A stretch of 55,532 nt of DNA from an uncultured Gammaproteobacteria bacterium (GCA_964366515.1 CAYIUF010000002.1:1-55532), one strand, 5' to 3'. Shown: positions 8,603-18,125, counted from the stretch's first letter. Notes: generated by a model from the letters alone, not told the origin. A program made the numbers and translations.

Positions 8603-9628
8603 TCACAGTCCGCGTGAAACTCTCCTTCCTTTCTCAAACATATATGTTAACCAATACAAAGGAGAGATTGGGAGATCCTGGGCTGGAAGCCAGTCTATCC
8701 TTTCCCCTCCAAAACCTTTTTTAAAAATTGTAACTCCGTAAAATCTATGTCTTGGGTCGTCAGTTGGGGCAATTCCCCAAAAATTATATCCAGTTTTACC
8801 CCTCTTTTTTGCAACTTTTATTATATTCCACTGCATAAAATATGAAAATGGCAGGTCTCTGTGGGTGCTTACCGACCCTGAATGGTGGTAGTAGGCATAA
8901 TCCCCATAAAAGACTATGATTGCTGCTGCCAGCACTTCAGACTTTAGCTTGCATACAAAGAGAGATGCTTGGTTATCTTGCCCAAAAGTCTCAAGCTGTG
9001 CCTCAAAAAGTTTTTGTGAAAAGGGGACAAACTTGTGACGTTTTACGGTTTCTTCTTGAAGTTTATACAGCATTGGAGCCATGTCGGAGCTTTTGTGCTC
9101 TTCGATTTCTAGGCCTTTTGACAGGCTTTGTCTTATCAGGTATCTAGTAGTTTTGCGCATCGCGGCAAGTATTTCTTCTTCCTCCGGCTTAAGTCTTAGA
9201 ACCCATGTATTTTGTGCATGAAGATGCATTGGGGATTTGATAAATCCAAGTTTTTTGAATTTTTCTCGGGCATCTGGGGAATCTGAGACTTCCGGCCTTA
9301 ATCTTATGAACCAAACTTTTTCTGCGAAAGCAAGATTTTTTAACTCTTTTAAGACGAAGCTCACAAGCGATTTATTGCTCCAATCAATGAGTGGGCCTCC
9401 AGGTATTAGAAAATAGGGTCCTCGACGGGCTCTTTCAATAATGACCTGTGCACATCCCACGAGTCTTCTGTTCACATTAAAGAACCCCAACCTGATAACC
9501 TGATTTCCCAGTAGCTTATTCGTTTCTCCCCAATTCCAGGACTGCAAAAAAGATTGAGGCTTTTGAGAAAGGACAAATTTTTCCCAATTCTTTTTATTTT
9601 CGATTAGTTTGCTTTGGTACGTAGCCAT
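8603..9628 (-). CDS. FemAB-family peptidoglycan interpeptide-bridge aminoacyltransferase (FemX-like)
   Basis: N-terminus FLQSWNWGE... and an overall ~340-aa two-GNAT-like layout are typical of the FemAB family. Assigned by recall. Confidence 0.75.
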   Translation of the reverse strand: MATYQSKLIENKKNWEKFVLSQKPQSFLQSWNWGETNKLLGNQVIRLGFFNVNRRLVGCAQVIIERARRGPYFLIPGGPLIDWSNKSLVSFVLKELKNLAFAEKVWFIRLRPEVSDSPDAREKFKKLGFIKSPMHLHAQNTWVLRLKPEEEEILAAMRKTTRYLIRQSLSKGLEIEEHKSSDMAPMLYKLQEETVKRHKFVPFSQKLFEAQLETFGQDNQASLFVCKLKSEVLAAAIIVFYGDYAYYHHSGSVSTHRDLPFSYFMQWNIIKVAKKRGKTGYNFWGIAPTDDPRHRFYGVTIFKKGFGGERIDWLPAQDLPISPLYWLTYMFEKGRRVSRGL

Positions 9629-10755
9629 TGTTTGATAACACTCACCACGGTTTGTGCGTCTTTTAGGGTTAAGTTTGGGTATGTTGGTAAGTTGACCACA
9701 TCGGCGTCAATTTCGTTGTACCAGTCGCCTAGAATCACACCTTTGTTTTTTGCAAACTTAAGTAAGCCTCGTGCATTTTTAACTCTTAACGGAAATCTAA
9801 GATACACTGCTTCTTTTATGTTTGGTGGCAGCACAATTGCATCCTCGTTAAGGTTTTCGAAATGAAACTTTAAATTCTCAAAATAGTATTTTGCGATCTT
9901 TTTTCTATGAAGATTAAATCTTTCGAGTTTTTTTAGCTGGTGTCTTGCAAGAGCCGCTAAAGCCACGGGCATTTTAGATGGAAACACATTTGGTTGGCCG
10001 CCCTTTTTTTCTTCAGGGTACACTGCACGAGACAGCAGATTGATTTTTTGTAATGCAAATAGAATAAGTTTGCCCAAACCAACTGAGTAAGTGGGCAAAA
10101 TTACAAACATGGCTATTGGATGAAGGAGTTGCTGGAGTGTCCACAATAGTGGGGGATTTTTGAGTTTGTCTCGAAGTGCTTTTAGTTTAACGAATAATTC
10201 GCTATCTGACACAATGATCATCCCGCCAAAAACGGATGAGATGATCTTGTCTCTTCCGAAACTAAAGAATGCAATTTCACCAGTTTTTCCAATTCCTAGT
10301 GAGTGGGCTTGATCGTCTATTATTGGCACTCTTAATTTTTTTATGTTAGCCGGTATTCCGAATGTATTTTGCTGAATAATGGCTTTTGTTTTTTTTGTAA
10401 GTTTTTTTTGTAAATCTTTTTCGTCTATGTTGTAATCACTTCCCATATCAACCCCAACTGGCTTGGCGCCAAGCCATGAGGCGGAATTAGGAACTGCAAC
10501 ACATGTAAATGTTTGGTATATTACTTCGTCTCGTTTGCCCACACCCAACGTTTTTAATATTAAGTATTCTGCACTTCTTCCACTGTTGACTGCAAGCGCC
10601 TGATACCCAGGGAACATTTCCTCAAATTCTCTCTCAAGTTTTTCGGTTTCGCTCGTGTCTTGCCACTTCAATGGATTGAAGAGAGTTTTTAGGGCAAGTA
10701 GAACATCGTCATTTTCGTAATTGGGTCCAAGGGATATGTGGATTGGTCTCTTCAT
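9604..10755 (-). CDS. DegT/DnrJ/EryC1/StrS-family PLP-dependent aminotransferase
   Basis: AVNSGRSAEYL, DDQAHSLG and FSFGRDKIIS (PLP-lysine context). Start moved to MKRPIH (10755), which directly abuts the murF stop. Confidence 0.75.
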   Translation of the reverse strand: MKRPIHISLGPNYENDDVLLALKTLFNPLKWQDTSETEKLEREFEEMFPGYQALAVNSGRSAEYLILKTLGVGKRDEVIYQTFTCVAVPNSASWLGAKPVGVDMGSDYNIDEKDLQKKLTKKTKAIIQQNTFGIPANIKKLRVPIIDDQAHSLGIGKTGEIAFFSFGRDKIISSVFGGMIIVSDSELFVKLKALRDKLKNPPLLWTLQQLLHPIAMFVILPTYSVGLGKLILFALQKINLLSRAVYPEEKKGGQPNVFPSKMPVALAALARHQLKKLERFNLHRKKIAKYYFENLKFHFENLNEDAIVLPPNIKEAVYLRFPLRVKNARGLLKFAKNKGVILGDWYNEIDADVVNLPTYPNLTLKDAQTVVSVIKQWLRTKAN

Positions 10756-12317
10756 TTCTTTTGTTTTTCTAGTTCCTTGGTAATTGAAATCGGCATCCTG
10801 CCTTCTACCAAGATTACACAATCTTGCCAAAGGTGGTATTTGACTCGATCTAATAAGTCTTGCCCCTTTTTAACTTGTAATTTGTTTTTCAGGGAAGAAA
10901 AATCCTTTTCGAAATCATTGTTGGTTAGAATTACTTCATCTGCGATACCGTCTGCTTTTGCCGCAATCTCATTATGAATTTTGTCTGTCTGACTGCCCAA
11001 TTCAATTATTCCAGAAGTTACAAGTATTTTTCTCCTCCCACCGAAGGAGGCAAGATAATCAAGAGCACTTTTGAACCCAATTGGCGTTGAGTTGTATGAG
11101 TCGTCGATTATTGTTACGCCAGATTTTGTTTTGTAAACATTCATTGTCTTACCTAATGAGTTAATCGTCTTTACAGCTTTTTTGATTTGCTCCCAGTCCA
11201 TTCCCATATGTCTTGCAACTAATATTGCACCTAGGAGGTTTTCGGCAAAGTGCGCTCCGCGAATTGGTGCTATTATTTCTGTTTCTTTTTTGTTTGATTT
11301 AACTTTTAACACAATAGAGTCTTGGGATATTGATTTTAGAGTAGCAGTAATATCAGCCAGGCCTTGTCCCACGCGGTAGGTTAAGACTTTTCTTCCTTCG
11401 CTTGCCGCACGCTTGGCTAGTCCTTCACATTCAGGATTTGTTACATTGAACACGGCAATGCCGTTTTTTGGGAGCGATTCTACAAGTTCATATTTTGCGG
11501 TTTTAATGTTTTCGACAGACCCAAAAAGTGCAAGATGCTGGGGCTCAATTCCTGTAAGAATCCCAATTTGAGGATTGATAATATTTGCGGACGTTTTAAT
11601 CTCCCCGATTTTGTAAGCACCAAGTTCTGCGACAAAGATTTGGGTATCTTTTTCAAGTTCCGTCGCTTTTTTCGCAACTCCCCAATCTGTGTTTTGATTC
11701 TTTTCAGTTTTCTCAACTTTGTATTTGGCGGACAAAATATGGGCGATGAATTCTTTAGTTGTGCTTTTCCCAAAACTTCCGGTTATTCCAATAACTATTG
11801 GTTTTACAATTTTTATTCTATCTTTTGCTTTTCGGGTAATTTCATTTTTTGACTTATTAACAAGCGGGGTTGTCCATGCGACTCCGATAAAAGGTAGGGC
11901 TAAGAGCAGCATTTCCCCAAAACTTAGATTTGATGCAACGATTCCTGAATGTAGGCTTAGGAAAACTACGATTGCAATGCCCGCGATACTTGTTCCTAAA
12001 ATTTCAACAGCTCTTAATGTAAAAACAGGAAGCCTTCTGGTTTTGTTTTTGATTTCCACCAGAAACTTTACTGATAGCCAAATAAATAGTAGATATGCAG
12101 GCCAGTATATTCCTAAGAACAAAGCAAGAAAAATAACTGCAAACTTATATATGATTGACTTCACCTCGAGATTGTTTCGCCCTTGGTTTCCTTCAATTAA
12201 AACTTGAAAACGGTCAAGCCTGTATTCTTTAAGTTGCAAAAAGTAAACCCAAATTAGAGTTTGTCTTACAGCCTGTATCGCCCAGAGTGTAAGTAAAATT
12301 AAGTTTGATTTGTCCAT
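10752..12317 (-). CDS. murF: MurF-like Mur ligase (UDP-MurNAc-tripeptide--D-Ala-D-Ala ligase) with a hydrophobic N-terminal extension
   Basis: P-loop IGITGSFGKSTTKEF at about aa 180, followed by Mur-ligase middle and C-terminal domains. The first ~170 aa form several hydrophobic helices. Confidence 0.8.
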   Translation of the reverse strand: MDKSNLILLTLWAIQAVRQTLIWVYFLQLKEYRLDRFQVLIEGNQGRNNLEVKSIIYKFAVIFLALFLGIYWPAYLLFIWLSVKFLVEIKNKTRRLPVFTLRAVEILGTSIAGIAIVVFLSLHSGIVASNLSFGEMLLLALPFIGVAWTTPLVNKSKNEITRKAKDRIKIVKPIVIGITGSFGKSTTKEFIAHILSAKYKVEKTEKNQNTDWGVAKKATELEKDTQIFVAELGAYKIGEIKTSANIINPQIGILTGIEPQHLALFGSVENIKTAKYELVESLPKNGIAVFNVTNPECEGLAKRAASEGRKVLTYRVGQGLADITATLKSISQDSIVLKVKSNKKETEIIAPIRGAHFAENLLGAILVARHMGMDWEQIKKAVKTINSLGKTMNVYKTKSGVTIIDDSYNSTPIGFKSALDYLASFGGRRKILVTSGIIELGSQTDKIHNEIAAKADGIADEVILTNNDFEKDFSSLKNKLQVKKGQDLLDRVKYHLWQDCVILVEGRMPISITKELEKQKK

Positions 12318-13009
12318 TTGTCGATTTCTGAGGCGATAGCTTGGGGGTTTTCGTATGGAAGTCTATGCCCAAAGTTCTCGTAAACTAGTAGTTTTGAATT
12401 CTTGAGATTTTTCTTGAGAAAGTACGCATCGGATACCGGTGTGATCCTGTCAATCCTCCCCCATATGACCAGAACCGGTAAAACAATCTTTGGGATCAGT
12501 GGTTTGAGGTCCTCCGAAATAACTTTTTTAAAAATCACCTTCATCTTTGAGGATGCTTTTTCGTAGTCGTGTTCTCTTGCTAGTTTGTACAATAGTTTTC
12601 TCCATAGGTTTGCAAGCGGTATAACTGCCATGAGGATTTTTCCTGCTTTGGCTAGTAAAAAGAAAACTCCGCGTTTTATCGGATTCCCCCGAGAGATTCC
12701 TCGGTTGGCACAGAGAATTACACCTTTTAGCGGATCTTTGTCTTTTGCGGCAAGCTTTAGAGCAATTCCACCGCCAAACGAGTGACCAAAAACATAATAT
12801 TTTTCTTTCCCAAATGCTTTTTTCGCAAAATTAGAAACGTATTCTGCATATTCATCCAAGGACCACTCAATGTCCGGCTCGGGGGCATCAAATCCTGGGA
12901 GTTCGGGGATCAAAACTTTCCACATTTTGACTCTTAAACTTTGAGCCAAGGGCTCAAGTTTTTTTGTGTTTGCTCCCCAGCCATGGAGTAGGACTATGTT
13001 TTTCATCAC
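12299..13009 (-). CDS. Alpha/beta-fold hydrolase
   Basis: Nucleophile elbow GHSFGGG and C-terminal FGHRLPYE histidine. Confidence 0.7.
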   Translation of the reverse strand: MMKNIVLLHGWGANTKKLEPLAQSLRVKMWKVLIPELPGFDAPEPDIEWSLDEYAEYVSNFAKKAFGKEKYYVFGHSFGGGIALKLAAKDKDPLKGVILCANRGISRGNPIKRGVFFLLAKAGKILMAVIPLANLWRKLLYKLAREHDYEKASSKMKVIFKKVISEDLKPLIPKIVLPVLVIWGRIDRITPVSDAYFLKKNLKNSKLLVYENFGHRLPYENPQAIASEIDKWTNQT

Positions 13010-14313
13010 TTTGTAACAACTTGAACTCCTAATTTTTCAAGTTTTGGGACGAAGTCTTCGTAGCCTCTTTTTAACAGTTTAATGTTTCTAATTACTGTTG
13101 TTCCGTCTGCAGAGGACGCAGCAACGACATATGAAAATCCTCCGCGAAGATCCGGGACTTCGATCTCTTCGCCATGAAGCGTAGTTCCACCATTTACAAT
13201 GGCTGTATGGAAGTGTTCATTGTTAAAGCGACATAGCGTTCCACGACATTCTTTGATAAGTTTTATATCTGCCCCCATATAATTCAGAGAATTGATATGT
13301 CCAAACCGATTCTCATAAACTGTTTCGTGCACCTGAGATTGCCCAGCACTTTGGTTTAAAAGAATCGTGAATGGCTGCTGCCAGTCTGTTGCAAATCCCG
13401 GATATACATTTGTTTCAAGTCTTGTAGGTTTAAGCTCTTTTGCCTCTCTCCAAAAAGTCATTCCGTTGTCTTGGATTGAGTATCCTCCACCGACTTCATC
13501 AAATTTTTCCAAGAAAGCTCGAAGGTGTTCTGGATTAGCGTTTTCAACAAATATTTTTCCATCGGTAGCTGCTGCCATACATGCCCATGAAACAACCTCT
13601 AAACGATCTGCAATTGGTGTGTGGTCAAAACCTCCCAGTTTTTCAACACCATGGATTGTGTATGTTCTGCCATTTAAAGTAATATCTCCTCGCATTTTAT
13701 TAAGAACTTCTACTAAATCTAAAATCTCTGGCTCGATTGCAGCATTTGAAAGGGTTGTTGTTCCATCGGCATTTGCCGCACTTAACAAAACCTGTTCTGT
13801 TGCACCAACTGACGGGTAATCAAGCTTGATTTCTGCGCCATGAAGTCTTTCTGACGCAAAATAAATTCCGTCTCCTCTTTCTTCAACTTTAGCTCCAAGT
13901 TTTCTGAGGGCTGAAATATGGAAATCAACTGGTCTATCGCCAATAACACATCCGCCGAGAGCGGGTATTAATGCTTGTCCGTGACGCGACAGAAGTGGTC
14001 CACACAACAAAATGGGTACTCTGCTTTTGCCAACAACTTCTTGGAATTTTTGATTGTCCATACCATGAAGATTTTTTGCCTCTATTCTTACATCTCTGTC
14101 TCCAGTTTTCTCAACAACACCGCCTAATGACGGAATAACATTCATCATGAGCTCTGTGTCGACAACCCAAGAAACGTTTCTTAAAATGCATGGTTCTTCC
14201 GTCAAAAGAGCAGCAACCATAATTTTGGAAACTGCGTTTTTGGCCCCATATACAGCCACAGATCCAATGATTGGTTTGCCGCCTTTTATTTTTAAAACAT
14301 CATCATTACTCAT
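13006..14313 (-). CDS. murA: UDP-N-acetylglucosamine 1-carboxyvinyltransferase MurA
   Basis: KIKGGKPIIGSVAVYGAKNA N-terminus and the catalytic Cys loop LGGCVIGDRPVD. Confidence 0.95.
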   Translation of the reverse strand: MSNDDVLKIKGGKPIIGSVAVYGAKNAVSKIMVAALLTEEPCILRNVSWVVDTELMMNVIPSLGGVVEKTGDRDVRIEAKNLHGMDNQKFQEVVGKSRVPILLCGPLLSRHGQALIPALGGCVIGDRPVDFHISALRKLGAKVEERGDGIYFASERLHGAEIKLDYPSVGATEQVLLSAANADGTTTLSNAAIEPEILDLVEVLNKMRGDITLNGRTYTIHGVEKLGGFDHTPIADRLEVVSWACMAAATDGKIFVENANPEHLRAFLEKFDEVGGGYSIQDNGMTFWREAKELKPTRLETNVYPGFATDWQQPFTILLNQSAGQSQVHETVYENRFGHINSLNYMGADIKLIKECRGTLCRFNNEHFHTAIVNGGTTLHGEEIEVPDLRGGFSYVVAASSADGTTVIRNIKLLKRGYEDFVPKLEKLGVQVVTK

Positions 14314-15611
14314 CGCATTACTCTCCTTACTGCCGCTTTGAATGCATTCCCGCGATCTTGATAGTTCTTAAATAACCCAAATGATGCACAAGCAGGCGCC
14401 AGTAAAATAACGTCCCCAGAATTTGCTTTGTCCATTGCTTGGGATACCAGATTTTCCATATTTTCAATCCCCGTGACTATTTCTTTTTTAAACCCGGCTT
14501 TTTCAAGTTCATACTTAATAATATTTGCGGATTCTCCAAGGACAAACACTGCTTTAACATTACTTGAAACCACGGCTTGGGCAAAGTTCTCAAAGGGGAC
14601 GCCTTTGAGAGAGCCGCCTGCTATTAAAATTTTAGGTTGTTTGAATGTATTTAGCGCAGCAATAGCAGATTCAGGAGTAGTTGCTGCCGAATCATTTACA
14701 AAACTAACACGGCCTATTTCTCCAACTAATTCTTGTCTGTGTTCTGCTCCCTCAAATTTACAAATTCCCTCCCACAATTTTTCTTTCTCTCCCCCTGCCG
14801 CAATTCCTGCCTGTAGCGCGGCAAGCGCATTCTCTATATTGTGTTGACCAGGCACCTTTAGTTTTTGAGCGTCCACTCCCGAGGTGTCGCCTCCCGAGAA
14901 CCAGACAACTTTTCCGTGTGCAGTTTTTGAAAACCCAACAGAGGTTTGGTCGTTTTTATTGAAAATCACTGTGTCTTTAGGTTTTTGGTATTTCCACAAA
15001 TTTTCTTTAGCTGCAACATATTCTTTTTGGTCTTTGTGCCAATTTAAGTGGTCTACCGTGATGTTTGTAACGACAGCGATCGGAGGGCTTATTTTTAGGT
15101 CAATTAATTGGAATGATGAAAGCTCCAAAATTACCCAGTCAAAGGAATCTGCATCTTCGATTCTGTCAAGCATTGGAGTTCCGATGTTTCCAAGCAAAAG
15201 TACAGATTTGCCCGCTTCCTTTAGCCCAAGTTCGAGCATTCTTGCGGTTGTGCCTTTTCCTTTCGTTCCAGTTATTCCAATTATATTTGCTTCTGATTCT
15301 TCAAAGAAAAGTTGGGTATTTGAAGTTACCTTAACTCCCATTTTTTCTGCCTCAACAATTTCTGGTATATACCTATAAAAACCTGGGGAACGGACGATGT
15401 AGTCAAAATCTTGAAGACCACTTGCAAGATAGTCTTCACCACATACAAATTCCACTCCTTTTTCTTCATACTCTTGGGTAGGAAGCATTCCTTGACCGGA
15501 TCTATCAAAAACAACTATTTTTTTGCTTTGCTGGCCTAAGAAGTACCTTGCGGCATCCTGCCCCTCAACTCCGAACCCGAGTATTGCTATTTTGTATTTT
15601 GAGTAATGCAT
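14310..15611 (-). CDS. murD: UDP-MurNAc-L-Ala--D-Glu ligase MurD
   Basis: GITGTKGKGTT P-loop and an N-terminal Rossmann-like ILGFGVEGQ. Confidence 0.9.
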   Translation of the reverse strand: MHYSKYKIAILGFGVEGQDAARYFLGQQSKKIVVFDRSGQGMLPTQEYEEKGVEFVCGEDYLASGLQDFDYIVRSPGFYRYIPEIVEAEKMGVKVTSNTQLFFEESEANIIGITGTKGKGTTARMLELGLKEAGKSVLLLGNIGTPMLDRIEDADSFDWVILELSSFQLIDLKISPPIAVVTNITVDHLNWHKDQKEYVAAKENLWKYQKPKDTVIFNKNDQTSVGFSKTAHGKVVWFSGGDTSGVDAQKLKVPGQHNIENALAALQAGIAAGGEKEKLWEGICKFEGAEHRQELVGEIGRVSFVNDSAATTPESAIAALNTFKQPKILIAGGSLKGVPFENFAQAVVSSNVKAVFVLGESANIIKYELEKAGFKKEIVTGIENMENLVSQAMDKANSGDVILLAPACASFGLFKNYQDRGNAFKAAVRRVMR

Positions 15612-16598
15612 TTAAAATTTCTCCTTAAAACCTACAAATTGAACTTCAGGTTCTAATTCTATTCCATAGGCCTCCCAAACTTTATCTTTCCACTTTTTAG
15701 CGAGTTTAAAAAAATCAACAGCTTTGCCGTCACCTAAATTTAAAAAGGTGTTTCCGTGATAGTCGTCTATTTTTATTTGTCCCATTTGGTCTCCGTTTCC
15801 ACCCAACATGTCGATGGGGTTTCCTGCTGGGATTTTCCCGAACATCACCACTGGTTTATTTCCAAACCTTGCAACATAACTTGGTGTTTTTTCAAATTTC
15901 GATATTGCTTTTCTAATTGTGGCAAGTTGCCCTGGAGTTAAATCTCTTTCAGGAATGTTCTTAAAAAAACTTCCTGGAGTTTTGTAATTTGGATTGTATT
16001 TTTTGCTTCTTTTTTCTAAAACTTCTGCTGCTTCTTTTCTGAGTCTCTCACTGTCTGCTTTTGACATACCTGCAAAAGTGACTTCCATAATTATCCAGTT
16101 TTTGTTTCTTTTGAAAATACTATCTCTATAGCCTGTGTCGTAGTCTCCTTTTGTTATAGTTTTGACGGTTTCACCATTAAAATATGTTATTTCCTTTATA
16201 AAGTCTCTAATGTTGTCGCCATATGCCCCTGCACTTCCATATACCGCTCCTCCCACTGTTCCCGGGATTCCTGTCATTGTACTCATACCATCTAATCCAT
16301 GCTCGATTGTGAAATCCACAAGTTCCTGCAAAGGTGTCCCTGCTTTTACGGTTATTTTTCCATCAATTTCTGAGATACCGGAAGCTGTAAGTTTTATTAC
16401 TAGTCCATCGAACCCATCATCTGATATCAAAAGATTGCTTCCGCCAGCGATCACAAGGTAATTTACTGATTTTTCTTTGGCCCAGGAAACTGCTTCTTCA
16501 AGCTCTTCAGTTGATTGAACTTCAACAAAGTATCTTGCTGACCCGCCGATTCCGAGAGTTGTATATTTTTTTAGAGAAATGTTTTCTAGGATATTCAT
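15612..16598 (-). CDS. murB: UDP-N-acetylenolpyruvoylglucosamine reductase MurB
   Basis: KKYTTLGIGGSARYF FAD-binding N-terminus. Confidence 0.9.
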   Translation of the reverse strand: MNILENISLKKYTTLGIGGSARYFVEVQSTEELEEAVSWAKEKSVNYLVIAGGSNLLISDDGFDGLVIKLTASGISEIDGKITVKAGTPLQELVDFTIEHGLDGMSTMTGIPGTVGGAVYGSAGAYGDNIRDFIKEITYFNGETVKTITKGDYDTGYRDSIFKRNKNWIIMEVTFAGMSKADSERLRKEAAEVLEKRSKKYNPNYKTPGSFFKNIPERDLTPGQLATIRKAISKFEKTPSYVARFGNKPVVMFGKIPAGNPIDMLGGNGDQMGQIKIDDYHGNTFLNLGDGKAVDFFKLAKKWKDKVWEAYGIELEPEVQFVGFKEKF

Positions 16599-16623
16599 TT
16601 TTTAAGCCAACACCAGGGGTTGG

Positions 16624-18045
16624 TTAGGTAGAAACCTCGGGTAACTTATCGTACAGGTGAAAGATGTCGCCTGCACCCATGGTCACGATTACATCATTTT
16701 TTTGTGTGTGTTTTGTTAGAAACTTTAAGGTTGATTTGTGATCGCCACAGTAATGCGAGTCATTGTGATATTTCCCCACTGCTTCTCTCAGTTTTTGTGA
16801 GTTCACAGTAGGGTCTACTTTTTCTCTTGCTGATGCGTAAATGTCCATCAAACCAACTACGTTTGCATTCCCAAAACTTTGCGCAAATTCGTCAAATAAA
16901 GCTTTTGTTCTTGAGTAAGTGTGTGGTTGAAAGATGGCCACGAGCCTTCTTTCTGGGTACCAGTCTCTGAGCGCTGCCAAAACTGCTTTTATTTCAGTTG
17001 GGTGATGAGCATAGTCGTCGTAGTATGTAATTCCGTCCATATCTTGCACCTTCTCAATTCTTCTGCGGCAACCGGTATAACTTTCGATTCCACGCACTAA
17101 CTCATCTTGTGGAATCTTAAAAAATTCACCTGCCACAATAGAAGCCGTTGCGTTCAAGATGTTGAATTTCCCTGGAACACTTAAAGAATAATCGTAATAT
17201 ACACCTATATGTATAAGTGTATATTTGGCTTTTTGGTTTTTGAAATCCACATTCTCAATTTTCCAGTCTGCATCTTTTGAAAATCCATAAGTTTTTACTG
17301 GAACTTTTGTGTTTTTAATTAATTCGCGGACATTGTCGTTATCTATGCACGCTACGAGTAACCCATCTGCTGGTACGCGGCTGATAAATTCTAGAAAAAC
17401 TTTTTTAGTATCTTCAAAAGTTGGGTAGATGTCGGGGTGGTCATGCTCAAGGTTGGGAATTATTAACACTTTGGGGTGCTGGAAAAAAAATCTGGGACGG
17501 TTGTCGGTTCCGGGGGAAATTGCGTATTCATCTGCTTCGGTTATAAACTCCTTCCCAGCCTTGTCATAGCGCCCAGGGGTGCCTAAAGCTTTGATATCGC
17601 CCACACCTACGGCAAAAGAGGGGTTCCTGCCTGCGCTATCAAGAAGTGTTGCCACCATAGAGGCTATAGTTGTCTTACCACCAACTCCGGCCACAGTAAT
17701 TAGGTCTTTGCCGAAAGTGAGTTCTCCCAAGGCTTCTGCGTGGCTGAGCACTGGGATGTTTAGCCTCTTTGCTTCGACCACTTCCGGGTTATCCCAGCCT
17801 CCATGCGCGCCTGTGAATATGACCAAATCTGGTCGCGGTTTCAAATGCTCCGCCGAGAAGCCCTTTAGCCACGCAAGGTCGTTCCTTGCGAGCGTGGCGT
17901 CGGTTACAAAGATTTCTTCAGTATCTGAGCCTGTGATTTTTATTCCGAGGTCCTTTAGGCACAAAGCGAGGCTGGTCATGCCTACGCCTTTGATGCCTGT
18001 AAAATGGACATGTTTTGAGGTAAAGATGTCTGGTTTTGAAGCCAT
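16624..18045 (-). CDS. murC: UDP-MurNAc--L-Ala ligase MurC
   Basis: VHFTGIKGVGMTSLA and AGVGGKTTIASM motifs. Confidence 0.95.
   Translation of the reverse strand: MASKPDIFTSKHVHFTGIKGVGMTSLALCLKDLGIKITGSDTEEIFVTDATLARNDLAWLKGFSAEHLKPRPDLVIFTGAHGGWDNPEVVEAKRLNIPVLSHAEALGELTFGKDLITVAGVGGKTTIASMVATLLDSAGRNPSFAVGVGDIKALGTPGRYDKAGKEFITEADEYAISPGTDNRPRFFFQHPKVLIIPNLEHDHPDIYPTFEDTKKVFLEFISRVPADGLLVACIDNDNVRELIKNTKVPVKTYGFSKDADWKIENVDFKNQKAKYTLIHIGVYYDYSLSVPGKFNILNATASIVAGEFFKIPQDELVRGIESYTGCRRRIEKVQDMDGITYYDDYAHHPTEIKAVLAALRDWYPERRLVAIFQPHTYSRTKALFDEFAQSFGNANVVGLMDIYASAREKVDPTVNSQKLREAVGKYHNDSHYCGDHKSTLKFLTKHTQKNDVIVTMGAGDIFHLYDKLPEVST
17198..17223. repeat. 26-bp palindrome copy 3 (TATACACCTATA-TG-TATAAGTGTATA) embedded in-frame in murC
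   Basis: 33 nt (17196-17228) match the copy at 2541-2573 except for the central dinucleotide. Encodes ..YTLIHIGVYYDY.. just upstream of the conserved PG-x-x-N motif. Confidence 0.6.
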
Positions 18046-18058
18046 TGAGGTAGCGCTT

Positions 18059-18067
18059 ATTGTACCA
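18059..18067 (-). promoter_or_regulatory. Extended -10 (TGGTACAAT) for murC
   Basis: Reverse strand reads TGGTACAAT, 13 nt upstream of the murC ATG. No Shine-Dalgarno sequence lies in between. Confidence 0.4.
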
Positions 18068-18083
18068 CATTTGTGCTCGAATA

Positions 18084-18092
18084 TGGTATACT
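18084..18092 (+). promoter_or_regulatory. Extended -10 (TGgTATACT) for islet-1 first operon
   Basis: TGGTATACT, 33 nt upstream of the TTG start at 18126. Divergent from the murC promoter. Confidence 0.45.
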
Positions 18093-18125
18093 ACAGGAAG
18101 TTAGAGGATTGTAAAGGAGGGTACT

